Of a DNA stretch of 64,000 nt, positions 12,680-25,759 are shown in pieces. Within the stretch, counting starts at the first letter, position 1, and the number at the start of each line of letters is the position of its first letter. The DNA is taken from assembly GCA_028826165.1 (NCBI GenBank), contig JAPDFW010000134.1:70938-134937 (forward strand). The letters run 5' to 3'. The translations under genes and the position numbers were made by a program. Below the pieces are notes generated by a model. It was not told the origin of the DNA and did no database searches. It saw only the letters and a list, made by a program, of their open reading frames with translations. This DNA comes from Anaeramoeba ignava BMAN (taxonomy: Eukaryota > Protista > Anaeramoebae).

Positions 12680-15600
12680 ATGTCTTTTGAAATTCCAACA
12701 ATCCAAAAGTTTTTAGAACAAATTAAAGATTTCAATTCTGCTTCTAAAATTAAAACAATTACAACTTTAGCTGTTAAAGTTAAATCAACAGAAAAAACAG
12801 AAGAATTAACAAAATTTGATAATTTGCTAATTGAACTTTATAAAAGAAAATCTGAAGAAAAGAAATTAGCAGTTTTTGGTGCTTTTCATGCTAAAAGAAA
12901 AGATTTGCTAGTTCAATTTTTAAAAGATGAAGAAAGTATTTCTTTTAGTTCAAAAATTCTTTTATCAAAAATGATTGTTTCTGTTTTAGATCCAAATTCA
13001 GAAGAAGATATGAAAAAATTGAAAGAGTTAATTTTTAATTTACCAACAAAATTAAGAAATATTTTATTGAAAAAGGTTCAAACGAAAGGATTTAAGAAAT
13101 TTGTTAATGAAAATTTTGAGGAAATTCTTAATAGATTTGGAGTAAGTTTAATTTAAATTTAAAATTCATTTAATTAAAATTCATTTATAAAATTAATTTA
13201 AAAATTTAATAAAGGAATCTTCATCTCGTCAATTAATTGGCCTTCTTGATAAAGATAAATTCAATAAATTCTTCCCTCAATTTTATCCATTTTTCAAAGA
13301 AAACGGAAAATTTGCAATAATTCAATCAATCAAAATTAATCCAGATATTATTGTTTCATTTTTAACAGAAAAATTAGCCATTGCACCAGCATTACAATTA
13401 CCACAACTATGGCAAGAATATCAACTTATATTCAAACAATTAATGAATACAAACCCAGAAAAATTCATTGATTTATTAAGCAAATATTCACCAGTAGAAG
13501 AAATTCCAAGTTTCGTAACTCCAAGATTAAAAACACTCTTTAAAGTCAACAATGAAAAAATGATTGAAGTGTTTATGCGTCCAGAATATCTTGAAAAACA
13601 AAGAAAATCATGGCGATACCAATCAACAATCATCACAAAGAGAAAAATCAACAAAAAACTATCAAAGGATGATTTATCCAAAATCTGTCAATTTTTCAAA
13701 GAAAGTGAACTGAGAAAAATTCTTGCTAATTTACCTCCATCAGAACGTTTTGCAGCTTATGAAGATGCTTATAAAGAAGAACCAGATGATCAAATTCGGG
13801 ATGAATACATATTGTTGCTTCTTCCAATTGAACACAGAATTAACGAAGCCAAAAAAATGTTGAAAATTCCTGCAATTAATCAAGACGAAGAAAAAAAAAG
13901 AAATTTCGAAAAGCTTTTGGATATAAAAGAGCAAAGAGCAGTTTATGAGAAGGAAATCAAAGAAGCCGCATCAGCAGAAGAACGAGGAATTTTCTATAGT
14001 TATTATCTCATTTGCAGTTCATTATCAAAAAACGCAGAAGAAATTGAAAAAACACTCAAATTTATTGTGCCTCGAACAAAAAATGAACAAGAACCTGTTC
14101 GAAATCAAATTGTAAACGCGTTGAAATCACACGCAATCAAATATCTCAATGAGTCCCATATTGAATTGCTTAAGGAATTCTTGAAAAATGCTATGGATTC
14201 ACGTGATGCTTCAGATTCACTCAATGTTTTGATTGATTTATTTGTTAATTTAATCGAATTCAATTACAAAAAGAGCAAAACTCACAAACTTCTCAAACCA
14301 GACGAAAAAGAAAGTTATGATGATGCCTTTGCAAAGATTCCATTTATCAAATTCTGTTTGGATTCTCTGAAGAAGCTTTATATTGCGCAATCATACATAT
14401 CTTATTTAACCAAAAAGTTAACTTCATTCGAAGTCATTTTCCGTGCTGCCTTTAATTTCTTCAATTCTGGATCAACAGAAGCACAAAGATCCTTCTTCTC
14501 ATTCTGTCGTTGGTATCCACATCACAGATGGAGCCCTTGGATGCAAGAACAAATTGATAAATTCCTTGAAAATCTTTACAAAAAAGAAGATCTTAATAAC
14601 GACACTTTTGAAACATCAATCCGTTTTTATCTTTTTAACAGAAAATACAAATTTCAAAGAATTGAAAGCCTTCTTGAAAAAGACACCTCTCTTCTCAACA
14701 AAACCGGATTCCTCAAAGAATTACTTCTTCATCGCCAAGATCTTTGTGATAAATATGAAATCTTTGAAAACATCCCACTTGATCAACGAAAAATCCCCAT
14801 CAAAGGAAAAATCGATATTTCATCACTTAAACAAGAATCTGTGCTTTTGAATGTTATCGAGATAATTTCAGAAAGCAAGAAAATTGCGCGAAGAATATCA
14901 ATCGAAAACCAACACAAACTATTTGATTTTATAAAGAAAGCATTAGTTGAAATTGGTGAAGAAAAAGATAACGAAAATGATGACAATGATAATGATAGTG
15001 ATAGCGATGATAGTGATGATAATGATGATGATGATAAAGAGAAAAAAGATGAAGTCAATTACAAATACACAAAAGATCAAAAACGCGAATTTATCAAAGC
15101 AATTTCCAATTTGGATATTCTCAAACCAAGTGATGCCAAAGAATTAATGGATATTCTCAAAGACCAAGAGCTCATTTTCCAAGATCTTCTCGCAAATATG
15201 ATCAACCTAGATAACTACGAAGGATTGCTTGATCTTTATGTTCCTTATGTTAACACAGATTACGCCAAAATTGTGATGTTTTCCTTCTTGAAAATCGGAA
15301 CACTCTCATCAACAAAAGAGATCCAAAAAGTTGTGAATGATGTTCTTAAAATCAAAGACTTGAAAGTAACTGTTAGAAAAGAAATATACCGACTTCTTGG
15401 GTTTTACAAATTCCCTGAAACAAAAGAATTGCTTTTCAACGAATATTCCAAAGAACTTCATCCTCATGCCAAAATTGCACTTTTAAATATGCTTCGCTCA
15501 AAATTTTTAGATGAACCAAAAACTTGGGAAATTCTCGATAAGGAAATTCAATCAAAAGATAACAACATGTATGAAATGATTATTGCACAAAAATACACAA

Positions 15601-16475
15601 AAATCCCGATCAAATATTTGCTGAAATATGTAACACTTTTTGAACAGATTATCAAGTTCACAACCAAAGCTTCAGTTCTTAAAAGTGTTTTCACACAATT
15701 ACGCAATTGGGTTCGACCAGAATCAATGGAAACAACACAGAAAGTCATCGAGATTTGCGAAAATACAATCCTGAATATGGAAAGCAAAACAGAATGGGTT
15801 CTTGCTTTTGATGTTCTTTTATATGCTGCCCAATGCTTTGAATCAAGTGCTCTTTCACTTAAAAAATTCATCCTCAAATTACTCAATCTTGATTTTTCAA
15901 AAGATCTCGAAATTATCACAAAAGACAAAGATATGCCTCTTTATCAACGTGTTGATGATTGTTTGAATAAAATCTCAAATATTCCTCATCAAAACTTGAA
16001 TTTCCTAGAATCAGCTAATTTCTTTACAGAAGTTTCATCCTTTATTTTAGATAAAAAATTATATCCTTTCTTCGTCTTTTCTGGTCAATTTAAATTTGCC
16101 ACTTTGGAAATTGATGTTGAAAAATTCACAAAAATATTTTCTCAAGTTGAAAGTGATTTCAAACAATATCCATTTTTCCTTGATAAAATCATTAATTGGG
16201 TTGCCAAACAATACTTCTATAACAGACTTCTTCCTGGAATGGAATCAATATCAGTTGATATTATTAAGAAATTATTTGAAATGGGAAAAGATAACAGAAA
16301 TTTCAAAATTGCTGCTGCAAATATTTTAAAAGTTATTGGACCAAAAACAAAATGGATTGATTCTGCAATTGAAATTTTAGCACAAATGAGAAAAGATTCA
16401 GATTTAGAAATTTCGAGTATAAGTTCATCAATTTTATTATTTAATGAAACATCACAATCTCGAAATTTCTGGTAA
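12680..16475 (+). CDS. Large (~1240 aa) alpha-helical/ARM-like protein of unknown function, one intron (13142-13214)
   Basis: ORFs 12680-13156 and 13443-16475 join in frame through GTAAGT...TAAAG. Motif 'KNEQEPVR' and an acidic insert. Confidence 0.75.
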
Positions 16476-16591
16476 AAAATAAACAAACAAATTTTTAATT
16501 CAATTCAATTCAATTCAATTCAAAAAAAATTTTTAATTCTTTCTCTTTCAATTTTTAATAAAAGAGAAAAACAAAAAAAAAAACAAACTTT

Positions 16592-18231
16592 TTATTGATT
16601 TCGTTTTGTTTTCTTTGTTTTGAAAATCTTAATAACATAAATCATCCAAAAAAGAATAACAAAAATTCCTAAACAAGTTTGAATATAAAAAATTTTCATA
16701 AAAGAATAATTTAAAGTTCCCATACAAAAACCTCCCCAAAGATAAGAAAGCATTAAAATCAAATAAAAAAATCCATAATCAAAACTAAACATTCTTCCAA
16801 CAAAATGACCAGGAGGAGTAATTTGGATTAAAATTGTGCTCCAAACCCAAAGTAATCCAATTCCAAAAGTTCGAACAAAATTTGAAACTAAAAAAACTTC
16901 AAAATTTTCAAAATAAACTCCAACTCCAATAAAAATTGTACCGAATAAAAAGATTAAAAACCCAATAAATATTGTTAACCATCTACTTTTGAAGGTATCT
17001 TTTGCAAATCTTTGACCAACAACTTGAATTAAAAAAAAATTAATTTAAAAAAAAAAAGTGGAACAAATTAAAAAATGTTTTTCTTCTTGATTAAATCGAA
17101 TTAATTATTACTTGGCCCAATTAATGTTCCTAATCCTTCTGTTGCATACATTATGCCAAGACTGATTCCTACTTTTCCTTTTATTTGGAAATATTTTTCA
17201 ACAATTGAAACCATTGTAACATCAACTGCTCCCCAAACTAAAGCACCTGTTGTTTTAACAATTACCATAAACAAAACTTGTGGATTTTTCTTTAGAAATA
17301 CTAATCCACCTTTAAAATTTGTGTTAAGAGGCTCTTCTTGTTTTTCTTCTTTTAAATTAGATTTTAAAAGAGCATTTTCATCATTAATATCATCATCGCT
17401 TGAATTTGATATTGTTTGAATATCCTCTTTGTTTGAATCCTCACTTTTTTGTTCTGTTTGTTTCTTATCAGTAATTTCTTTTGAATCACTTTTTTGTAAA
17501 GAACTTGTCAATTTTGTAAATTTCCAACTTATTATAATACAAGTTGCAGAAATGATATAAGAAATTGAATCGATAATATAAGCAGGAGTTAATCCAGTAA
17601 CACTTGTAACAACACCACCAATACTACCTCCAATAAAAAACATTGTACTCCAAGTTGTTGCATCAAGTGCTAAATCAATTAAAAAATTCATTTAAAAAAT
17701 CCAATTAAAAAATTCCTTTTAAAAAATCCTTTACTATTTGCTTCTACTATTTGTTTTGCATTTACAACAAATGATATTAATCCTGTTCTTGCTGGTGTAA
17801 AAAAAGAACTTATTGAAAATTGTATAAAAACAATCGAGAATAAAAACCATTCAATTTTAACATATTCAACAACAATAAAAACAAGAACAACACAAGCACG
17901 AATTAAATCACTCAAAATCATAACAATATTTTTATTAAATTTATCAGCAACCTAAATAAAAATAAAATCAAATTTTTTCTTCAATTATTTTTCAATTATT
18001 CTTCAATTATTTTAGACTCACTGGCCCAACTATTGGAATTAAAACAAAAGAAGGTAATGTTTTTGCTACAAATAAAATGCTTAACATCAATCCAGATTTA
18101 TTAATATTTTGACACATTGTTATTGTTGCAATTTGATTAAACCAATCTCCAAGTAAAGATAATGTTAATCCAAACCAAAGCCAGAAATATTTTTTATTCT
18201 CTTTAATTAAATTCAAATATCCACTTCCCAT
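16592..18231 (-). CDS. MFS transporter (DHA3/MFS_3 macrolide-efflux-like), 4 exons
   Basis: 'WFGLTLSLLGDWFNQIA', MFS motif A across intron 1 ('GPVADKFNKNIVMILSDLIRA'), 'FFTPAR', 'GRMFS'. Multiple hydrophobic helices and three short GT-AG introns. Confidence 0.85.
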
Positions 18232-18324
18232 TAATTTAAAATTAAAATGAAAAAATGAAAAAAAATGATCTAAAGAGAATTTTTTTTTTCAGAGGGATTA
18301 ATCATAATTAACAAAAAAAATCAA

Positions 18325-20772
18325 AATCAAATTTAACATTTAATTTATAAATTAATTTAAAATTATAACTTAATGTTTAATTTTATTATTAAAATAATAA
18401 TTTATTGTTTTAGATTTAAATATTTTATTATTTCAATATTTAACAAAAATATAAAAATTGAGAATAGATTTAATTTAATATTTAATTTATAAATTAATTT
18501 AAAAATATAATTTAATATTTAATTTTATGTTTAAAATAATAATTTACTGTTTTAGAGATTTAAATATTTTTATTATTTCAATATTTAACAAATAAATATA
18601 AAAATGAGAATAGATTTAATTTAATATTTAATTTATAAATTAATTTAGAAATATAATTTAATATTTAATTTTATTATTAAAATAATAATTTATTGTTTTA
18701 AATTTAAATATTTTATTATTTCAATATTTAACATATAAATATAAAAATTGAGAATAGATTTAATTTAATATTTAATTAATAAATTAATTTAAAAATATAA
18801 TTTAATATTTAATTTTATTATTAAAAATAATAATTTAATGTTTTAGAATTAAATATTTTATTATTTAAATATTTAACAAATAAATATAAAAAATGGGAAT
18901 AGATTTAATTTAATATTTAATTAATAAATTAATTTAAAAATATAATTTAATATTTAATTTTATTATTAAAATTATAATTTATTGTTTTTAGATTTAAATA
19001 TTTTATTATTTCAATATTAAACATATAAATATCAAAATTGAGAATAGATTTAATTTAATATTTAATTTATAAATTAATTTAGAAATATAATTTAATATTT
19101 AGTTTTATGTTTAAAATAATAATTTAATGTTTTTAGATTTAAAATATTTTATTATTTAAATATTAAAACATATAAATATAAAAATTGAAAATAGATTTAA
19201 TTTAATATTTGATTTATAAATTAATTTAGAAATATAATTTAATATTTAATTTTATGTTTAAAATAATAATTTAATGTTTTAAATTTAAATATTTTATTAT
19301 TTAAATATTTAACAAATAAATATAAAAATAAGAATAGATTTAATTTAATATTTAATTTATAAATTAATTTAAAAATATAATTTAATATTTAATTTTATGT
19401 TTAAAATAATAATTTACTGTTTTATATTTAAATATTTTATTATTTCAATATTTAACATATAAATATAAAAATTGAAAATAAGTTTAATTTAATATTTAAT
19501 TTATAAATTAATTTAAAAATATAATTTAATATTTAATTTTATTATTAAAATAATAATTTAATGTTTTAGATTTAAATATTTTATTATTTCAATATTTAAC
19601 ATATAAATATAAAAATAAGAATAGATTTAATTTAATATTTAATTTATAAATCAATTTAAAAATATAATTTAATATTTAATTTTATTATTAAAATAATAAT
19701 TTAATGTTTTTAGAATTAAATATTTTATTATTTAAATATTTAACATATAAATATAAAAATTGAAAATAAGTTTAATTTAATATTTAATTTATAAATTAAT
19801 TTAAAAATATAATTTAATATTTAATTTTATTATTAAAATAATAATTTACTGTTTTAGATTTAAATATTTTTATTATTTCAATATTTAACATAAAAATAAA
19901 AATTGAAAATAGATTTAATTTAATATTTAATTTATAAATTAATTTAAAAATATAATTTAATATTTAATTTTATTATTAAAATAATAATTTAATGTTTTAA
20001 ATTTAAATATTTTTATTATTTAAATATTAAACAAAAAATATAAAAATAAGAATAGATTTAATTTAATATTTAATTTATAAATTAATTTAAAATTATAATT
20101 TAATATTTAATTTTATGTTTAAAATAATAATTTACTGTTTTAAATTTAAATATTTTATTATTTAAATATTTAACATAAAAATATAAAAATAAGAATAGAT
20201 TTAATTTAATATTTAATTTATAAATTAATTTAGAAATATGATTTAATATTTAATTTTATTATTAAAATAATAATTTAATGTTTTTAGATTTAAATATTTT
20301 ATTATTTCAATATTTAACATATAAATATAAAAATAAAAATAGATTTGATTTAATATTTAATTTATAAATTAATTTAAAAATATAATTTAATATTTAATTT
20401 TATGTTTAAAATAATAATTTAATGTTTTAGATTTAATTATTTTATTATTTAAATATTTAACATAAAATATAAAAATAAGAATAGATTTAATTTAATATTT
20501 AATTTATAAATTAATTTAAAAATATAATTTAATATTTAATTTTATGTTTAAAATAATAATTTACTGTTTTAGATTTAAATATTTTATTATTTAAATATTT
20601 AACAAATAAATATAAAAATAAGAATAGATTTAATTTAATATTTAATTTATAAATTAATTTAAAAATATAATTTAATATTTAATTTTATGTTTAAAATAAT
20701 AATTTACTGTTTTAGATTTAAATATTTTATTATTTCAATATTTAACATATAAATATAAAAATTGAAAATAGA
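18325..20772. repeat. Satellite A: ~17 tandem copies of a ~144-bp unit, almost pure A/T
   Basis: Anchor 'aatagatttaatttaatatttaatttataaattaattt' recurs about every 143-147 nt (e.g. ~18464, 18609, 18753 ... 20623), with scattered substitutions. Confidence 0.95.
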
Positions 20773-21081
20773 AATTAATAATAATTAAATTTAAATTCTT
20801 TATTTTCACATAAATTAGAAAAGAAATCAATTAAAATTTATTATTAAAAATTATTCATTTCTTTTTTTATTTTAATTAAAATATTTTATTAATTTTATTT
20901 AATTATTGGGAATTATTTTATATTATTTTAAATAAAGAAAAGTTAATAAAATATATTTTTATATAATTTTTTATTATTAATGATTTAATATTATTTATTT
21001 CAAAAAAGAAAAAAAGAAATAAAAATTTTTTTTTAATTTTTTCATTTTTTCATTTTTTTTATTTTTAAATTTTTAAATAAA

Positions 21082-22554
21082 ATGGAAACTTATTTAAATT
21101 TAGAAAAACTTTCAAATGATTTAAAAAATTTATTTCAAAATCAAAATCAAAAAGAAAATCAAAATGAAAGTTATTTTGATTTTGAAATAATTTGTGAACA
21201 AAATCAAACTTCATTTAAAACTCATAAATCAATTCTTTCTTCAAGAAGTCAATATTTTAAATCTCTTTTTAAATCTAAAATGAAAGAATATCAAGAAAAT
21301 AAAATGATTCTAAAAGATGTTTCAAGTTCAGTTTTATTTTCAATTTTGAATTATTTTTATTCAGGAAAAATTGAAATTAATTTAGAAAATGCAATTCAAA
21401 TTTTAATTTTTTCATCAAAATATTTAATTGATGAATTAATTGAAATTTGTTTAAATTTTATCAAAAACAATTTACAATTTGAAACTATTGTTGATATTCT
21501 TAAACTATCTGAATCAATGAACTTAAATCAATTATTGGATTTTTCTTATCAATTTATTTTTGAAAATTTTAAAGAATTTATCAAAACTTCATTTTTTCTT
21601 GAACTTGAAGAAAATCATTTAAATTCAATATTATCAAATGATGAAATTCTAATAAATGAATTTGAGCTTTTCCAATCAATAATAAAATGGGGAAAACATA
21701 AATTAAATATTAATCAAGAAAAAGAAAATCAAAAACTTGAAAAAGAAGAAAAAGAAAAAATTCAAGATCAAATTTCCAATATTATTGATAAAATCAGATT
21801 TATTGATTTTTCAAAACAAGAACTTAAAGATACTTTGAAAGAAGATTTAATTCCAAATCAAATTTCACAAAAATTAATTCATTTCCAAAAACTTCAAAAT
21901 GAAAATGATAATAAAGAACTAAATGAATTTATTGAAAAAGAAAATTCATTAATTTTCAATTCAAATTTTCAATTCAAATCAAACATTATTTCAGAAAAAA
22001 AACATGTTAAGAAATTAAAAAAATGGATAAATGATGATGAATTCTTTTCTAAAATGAAATTAGGATTTTCAGCAACAAGAGATGGATTTAAAGCTAAAAA
22101 ATGGCATTCAATTTGTGATAATAAAGGAAAAACATTAGTTATTATCAAAACAAAAGATAATTTTATTTTTGGAGGATTTACTCAAGTTGGATTTACAACT
22201 AATAAATCAAAATGGAGTAGAAAAGATCGAAAACATAAAGATGGATATATTCGAGATATAAATGCATTTATTTTTTCATTAAGAAATGATAAACATAATA
22301 GAAAACCAGAGAAATTTACAATTAAAAAAGTACAAGCAGAAAATGCAATTTGGTATGATTTAAACTGTGGACCAATTTTTGGAAGTGGAAATGATTTTTT
22401 TCTACAAAATAATTTACATTTTGGTTATTCAAATTTTGGTCATAGTTACAAACTACCTAATGGAATTAAAGAAGGAACAAATGAAGCTAAAAGTTATTTA
22501 GCTGGTTCTTATGATAAATGGAAAGTTGATGAACTTGAAACTTTTTTCATTTAA
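21082..22554 (+). CDS. BTB-BACK-TLDc protein
   Basis: BTB 'FKTHKSILSSRSQYFKSLF', BACK 'NEFELFQSIIKW', TLDc 'SATRDGF...CDNKGKTLVIIKTKDNFIFGGFT...GPIFGSGND...VDELETF'. Intronless. Confidence 0.92.
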   Translation: METYLNLEKLSNDLKNLFQNQNQKENQNESYFDFEIICEQNQTSFKTHKSILSSRSQYFKSLFKSKMKEYQENKMILKDVSSSVLFSILNYFYSGKIEINLENAIQILIFSSKYLIDELIEICLNFIKNNLQFETIVDILKLSESMNLNQLLDFSYQFIFENFKEFIKTSFFLELEENHLNSILSNDEILINEFELFQSIIKWGKHKLNINQEKENQKLEKEEKEKIQDQISNIIDKIRFIDFSKQELKDTLKEDLIPNQISQKLIHFQKLQNENDNKELNEFIEKENSLIFNSNFQFKSNIISEKKHVKKLKKWINDDEFFSKMKLGFSATRDGFKAKKWHSICDNKGKTLVIIKTKDNFIFGGFTQVGFTTNKSKWSRKDRKHKDGYIRDINAFIFSLRNDKHNRKPEKFTIKKVQAENAIWYDLNCGPIFGSGNDFFLQNNLHFGYSNFGHSYKLPNGIKEGTNEAKSYLAGSYDKWKVDELETFFI

Positions 22555-22652
22555 ACTTTCTCAATAAAATTTAAAATTCGATTTTGTTTTTGATTTTGAT
22601 TTTGATTAATTTTTTTTTGATTTTTTGGATTTGGAAAAAAAAGAAGAAAATT

Positions 22653-24834
22653 TTAAAAATGAAGGTGTTTGTTAACAATGCAAAATGCTCCAACCAAAAA
22701 GATAAATCCTAAAACAAGAAACAATACCGAAATCGTAACTATACTTTTTGAAGTAGAATTATCAGTTGTTAATGATCCAGATTGTGAAGACGATAAACTA
22801 CTTTCTCCACAACTAAGATAACTATTACAAGCAGAAACTTGAACGAAATAATCTTCATCATCATATTGTGTATTAAAAGAAGTAGATGTTCCATTCACAA
22901 AAAATGTGCCTGAATCCATTCCTGAACTTGATTGAAAACTAATTGAGTAAAAAAATGGATTATTAACACAATTAATTGGAATGAGCCAACTACATGAAAT
23001 TGATAAAGGATGACTTGAACATTGTAGTAAATAAACTGGTCCAAATATTGTATCTATTGTTGTTGAAAATAATGCTCCCATATCATCTCCTAAGCATGCT
23101 AATGTTCTACAAGCATAAATTGCAAAATAATAAGTTGTTCCACAATCTAATGAAGACATTTCAAATGAAGTTGTTGTGTTATTAACTGATATATATGTAA
23201 TACTTAATCCATCTTCTTGATAATAAGTAATCAAATAATGATCAAGTTCTGGAACTTCTCCATCCATTGTAACATTTGGTGGATTCCAAGTAACATTGAT
23301 TGATTCATTTGTTGGAGCAAAAGTTAAATTTTGAACAACAGGAATTTTCGTTATTAAATCAGTTTGTAAAGATGGAGCTCCACATAATTTTGAATTAGGT
23401 TCACAAGCTTGAATTATTATTGAATAATTTGCATTTCCAGTTATATTTGGATAAGATGAATTGAATATTTGATAAGAAATATTTCCTGGAAACCGAGTTG
23501 GTTCTTCCATAATTTGCCATCCAATTCCATAGTCTATTCGATGCTCAAGTGGAAATGGATAATCGGTTTCATTCCAATAACATTCAAATGAAGAATAAAG
23601 TGAAGTACAATTTATTAAATCAATTGCTGGTGGAATCATTGCATAAACAAATGCTTGATTTGAGAATGTAACTCCCCAAACTCCAATAATCCCATAAATT
23701 GATACACTTACATATTCAGCTGTTTGAGTGATATCATAATAAAATCTTCTATTCCATTGATCTGAATAATATTGGAAAAAATACAAGTCTGTTAACTTTG
23801 ATCCAACAGCAATAAAATCACCTGAAACTGAAACGGATAAACCAAAATAAATTTCTGCTCTTAATCCGGAATTTTGAATTTTGATTTTGAATTTGATCTT
23901 GATTTTGATTTTGATTTTGATTTTGATTTTGATTTTGATTTTGATTTTGATTTTGATTTTGATTTTGATTTTGATTTTGATTTTGATTTTGATTTTGATT
24001 TTGATTTTGATTTTGATTTTCTAATTCTTCTCTTAAATAACTGTTAAAACTAAGTACTTCCTCCAAAGTCCAATTTCCTTCAGAATACCGATAAACAAAC
24101 GCAGCATCAAACTCAACTTCTCCAATAAGAACAACATCTCCTGAAGCTGCAACATCATTCCCCAAATATCCATAAGGATAATCAGAAAAATTTTGTTCAA
24201 GAAACCAATTAGATCCATTATATCTGTAAATAAATGCTTGTGAAGAATCGTTTGCTCCAATAACAATAACATCTCCTGAAACTGCAACAGCATTTCCATA
24301 TCCATTTAAACTTTCTGAAAAATTTTCTTCAAGATTCCAATATGATCCATTATATCTGTAAATAAATGCTTGATTTGAACCATAAGCTCCGATAACAATA
24401 ACCTCTTCATCAACTGAAACCGTAAATCCATATCCATTCAAACCTTCTGAAAAATTCTCTTCAAGATTCCAATATGATCCATTATATCTGTAAACGAATA
24501 CTTCTTGTGATTCATTTGAACCAACAACAATAACATTTCCTGAAATTGATGAACTAAATCCAAATTTCGCACTTGGTTCACTTAATACTTGTTCTAAAAC
24601 AAAAGTTGATCCATTGCATCTGTAGATAAAAACTTGCATTGTAAATGAATCTCCAACTATAATTACATCTTTGAAAACTGAAGAACTTCTTCCATAATCT
24701 TGAGTTGATGGTTCTGTAAGTATATCTAATTGTGTAAAAGTTCCTGGAATAGTTTCTAATAATTTTGTTGATACTTTTCCAATTTGTGTTGTTAAAATTA
24801 TTAAAAGGATTAAAAAGAAACAAGTTTTGTTCAT
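22653..24834 (-). CDS. Type I surface protein: signal peptide, FG-GAP-like beta-propeller repeats, fibronectin-III domains, C-terminal TM helix (one-base frameshift near 23875)
   Basis: N-terminal hydrophobic signal. Repeats 'YG.xVAVSGDVIVIGA..S.QAFIYRYNGS.W.LE'. Removing one base at the end of the QN run restores 'SGLRAEIYFGLSVSVSGDFIAVGS' in frame with ORF 22653-23786. FN3 motifs 'INVTWNPP...LDCGTTYYFAIYAC'. TM 'IVTISVLFLVLGFIFLVGAFCIV'. Confidence 0.8.
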
Positions 24835-25014
24835 TTTTTTTTTGCTTTCTTTTAAAACAAAGAAGAAACAAAAAACAAAATTTTAAATTAGTTTTTGATT
24901 TGTTTTGGATTAGTTTTGGATTTGTTTTGGATTTGTTTAAAATTACAAATTAAAGTTGAAGAAACAAAAAGAAAAAAAAGGAGAAAAAAAATGAGAAAAA
25001 AATGATCTTGTCAA

Positions 25015-25085
25015 TTTTTTCATTTTTTCCATTTTTTTTCTTTTTAAATTTTTTAAATAAAATGGAAACTTATTTAAATTTAAAA
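25015..25085 (+). pseudogene. 5' stub of a BTB-TLDc paralogue (upstream region plus codons METYLNL), interrupted by satellite A
   Basis: Near-identical to 21036-21101 ('tttcattttt...tttttaaataaaatggaaacttatttaaattta'). Confidence 0.75.
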
Positions 25086-25099
25086 AATTAAAATCAAAT

Positions 25100-25630
25100 T
25101 AAAATCAAATTTAATATTTAATTTATAAATTAATTTAAAAATATAATTTAATATTTAATTTTATTATTAAAATAATAATTTATTGTTTTAGATTTAAATT
25201 GAAAATAAGTTAAATTTAATATTTAATTTATAAATTAATTTAAAAATATAATTTAATATTTAATTTTATTATTAAAATAATAATTTATTGTTTTAGATTT
25301 AAATATTTTATTATTTAAATATTTAACATAAAAATATAAAAATTGAAAATAAGTTAAATTTAATATTTAATTTATAAATTAATTTAAAAATATAATTTAA
25401 TATTTATTTTTATTATTAAAAAATAATAATTTATTGTTTTAGATTTAAATATTTTATTATTTAAATATATAAAAATTGAAAATAAGTTAAATTTAATATT
25501 TAATTTATAAATTAATTTAAAAATATAATTTAATATTTAATTTTATTATTAAAATAATAATTTAATGTTTTAGAATTAAATATTTTATTATTTTAAATAT
25601 TAAACATAAAAATATAAAAATTGAAAATAG
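25100..25630. repeat. Satellite A, second array (~4 units, some with internal deletions)
   Basis: Same unit as 18325-20772, followed by the same linker 'gaaaatagaaattaataataattaaatttaaattctttattttcacataaattagaaaagaaatcaa' found at ~20765-20830. Confidence 0.9.
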
Positions 25631-25759
25631 AAATTAATAATAATTAAATTTAAATTCTTTATTTTCACATAAATTAGAAAAGAAATCAAATAAAATTTAT
25701 TATTAAAAATTATTCATTTCTTTTTTATTTTAATTAAAATATTTTATTAATTTTATTTA

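Noticed and set aside
18325-20772. CRISPR-like regular array
   Set aside because: The whole 144-bp unit repeats with no unique spacers. No cas genes, and the context is eukaryotic.
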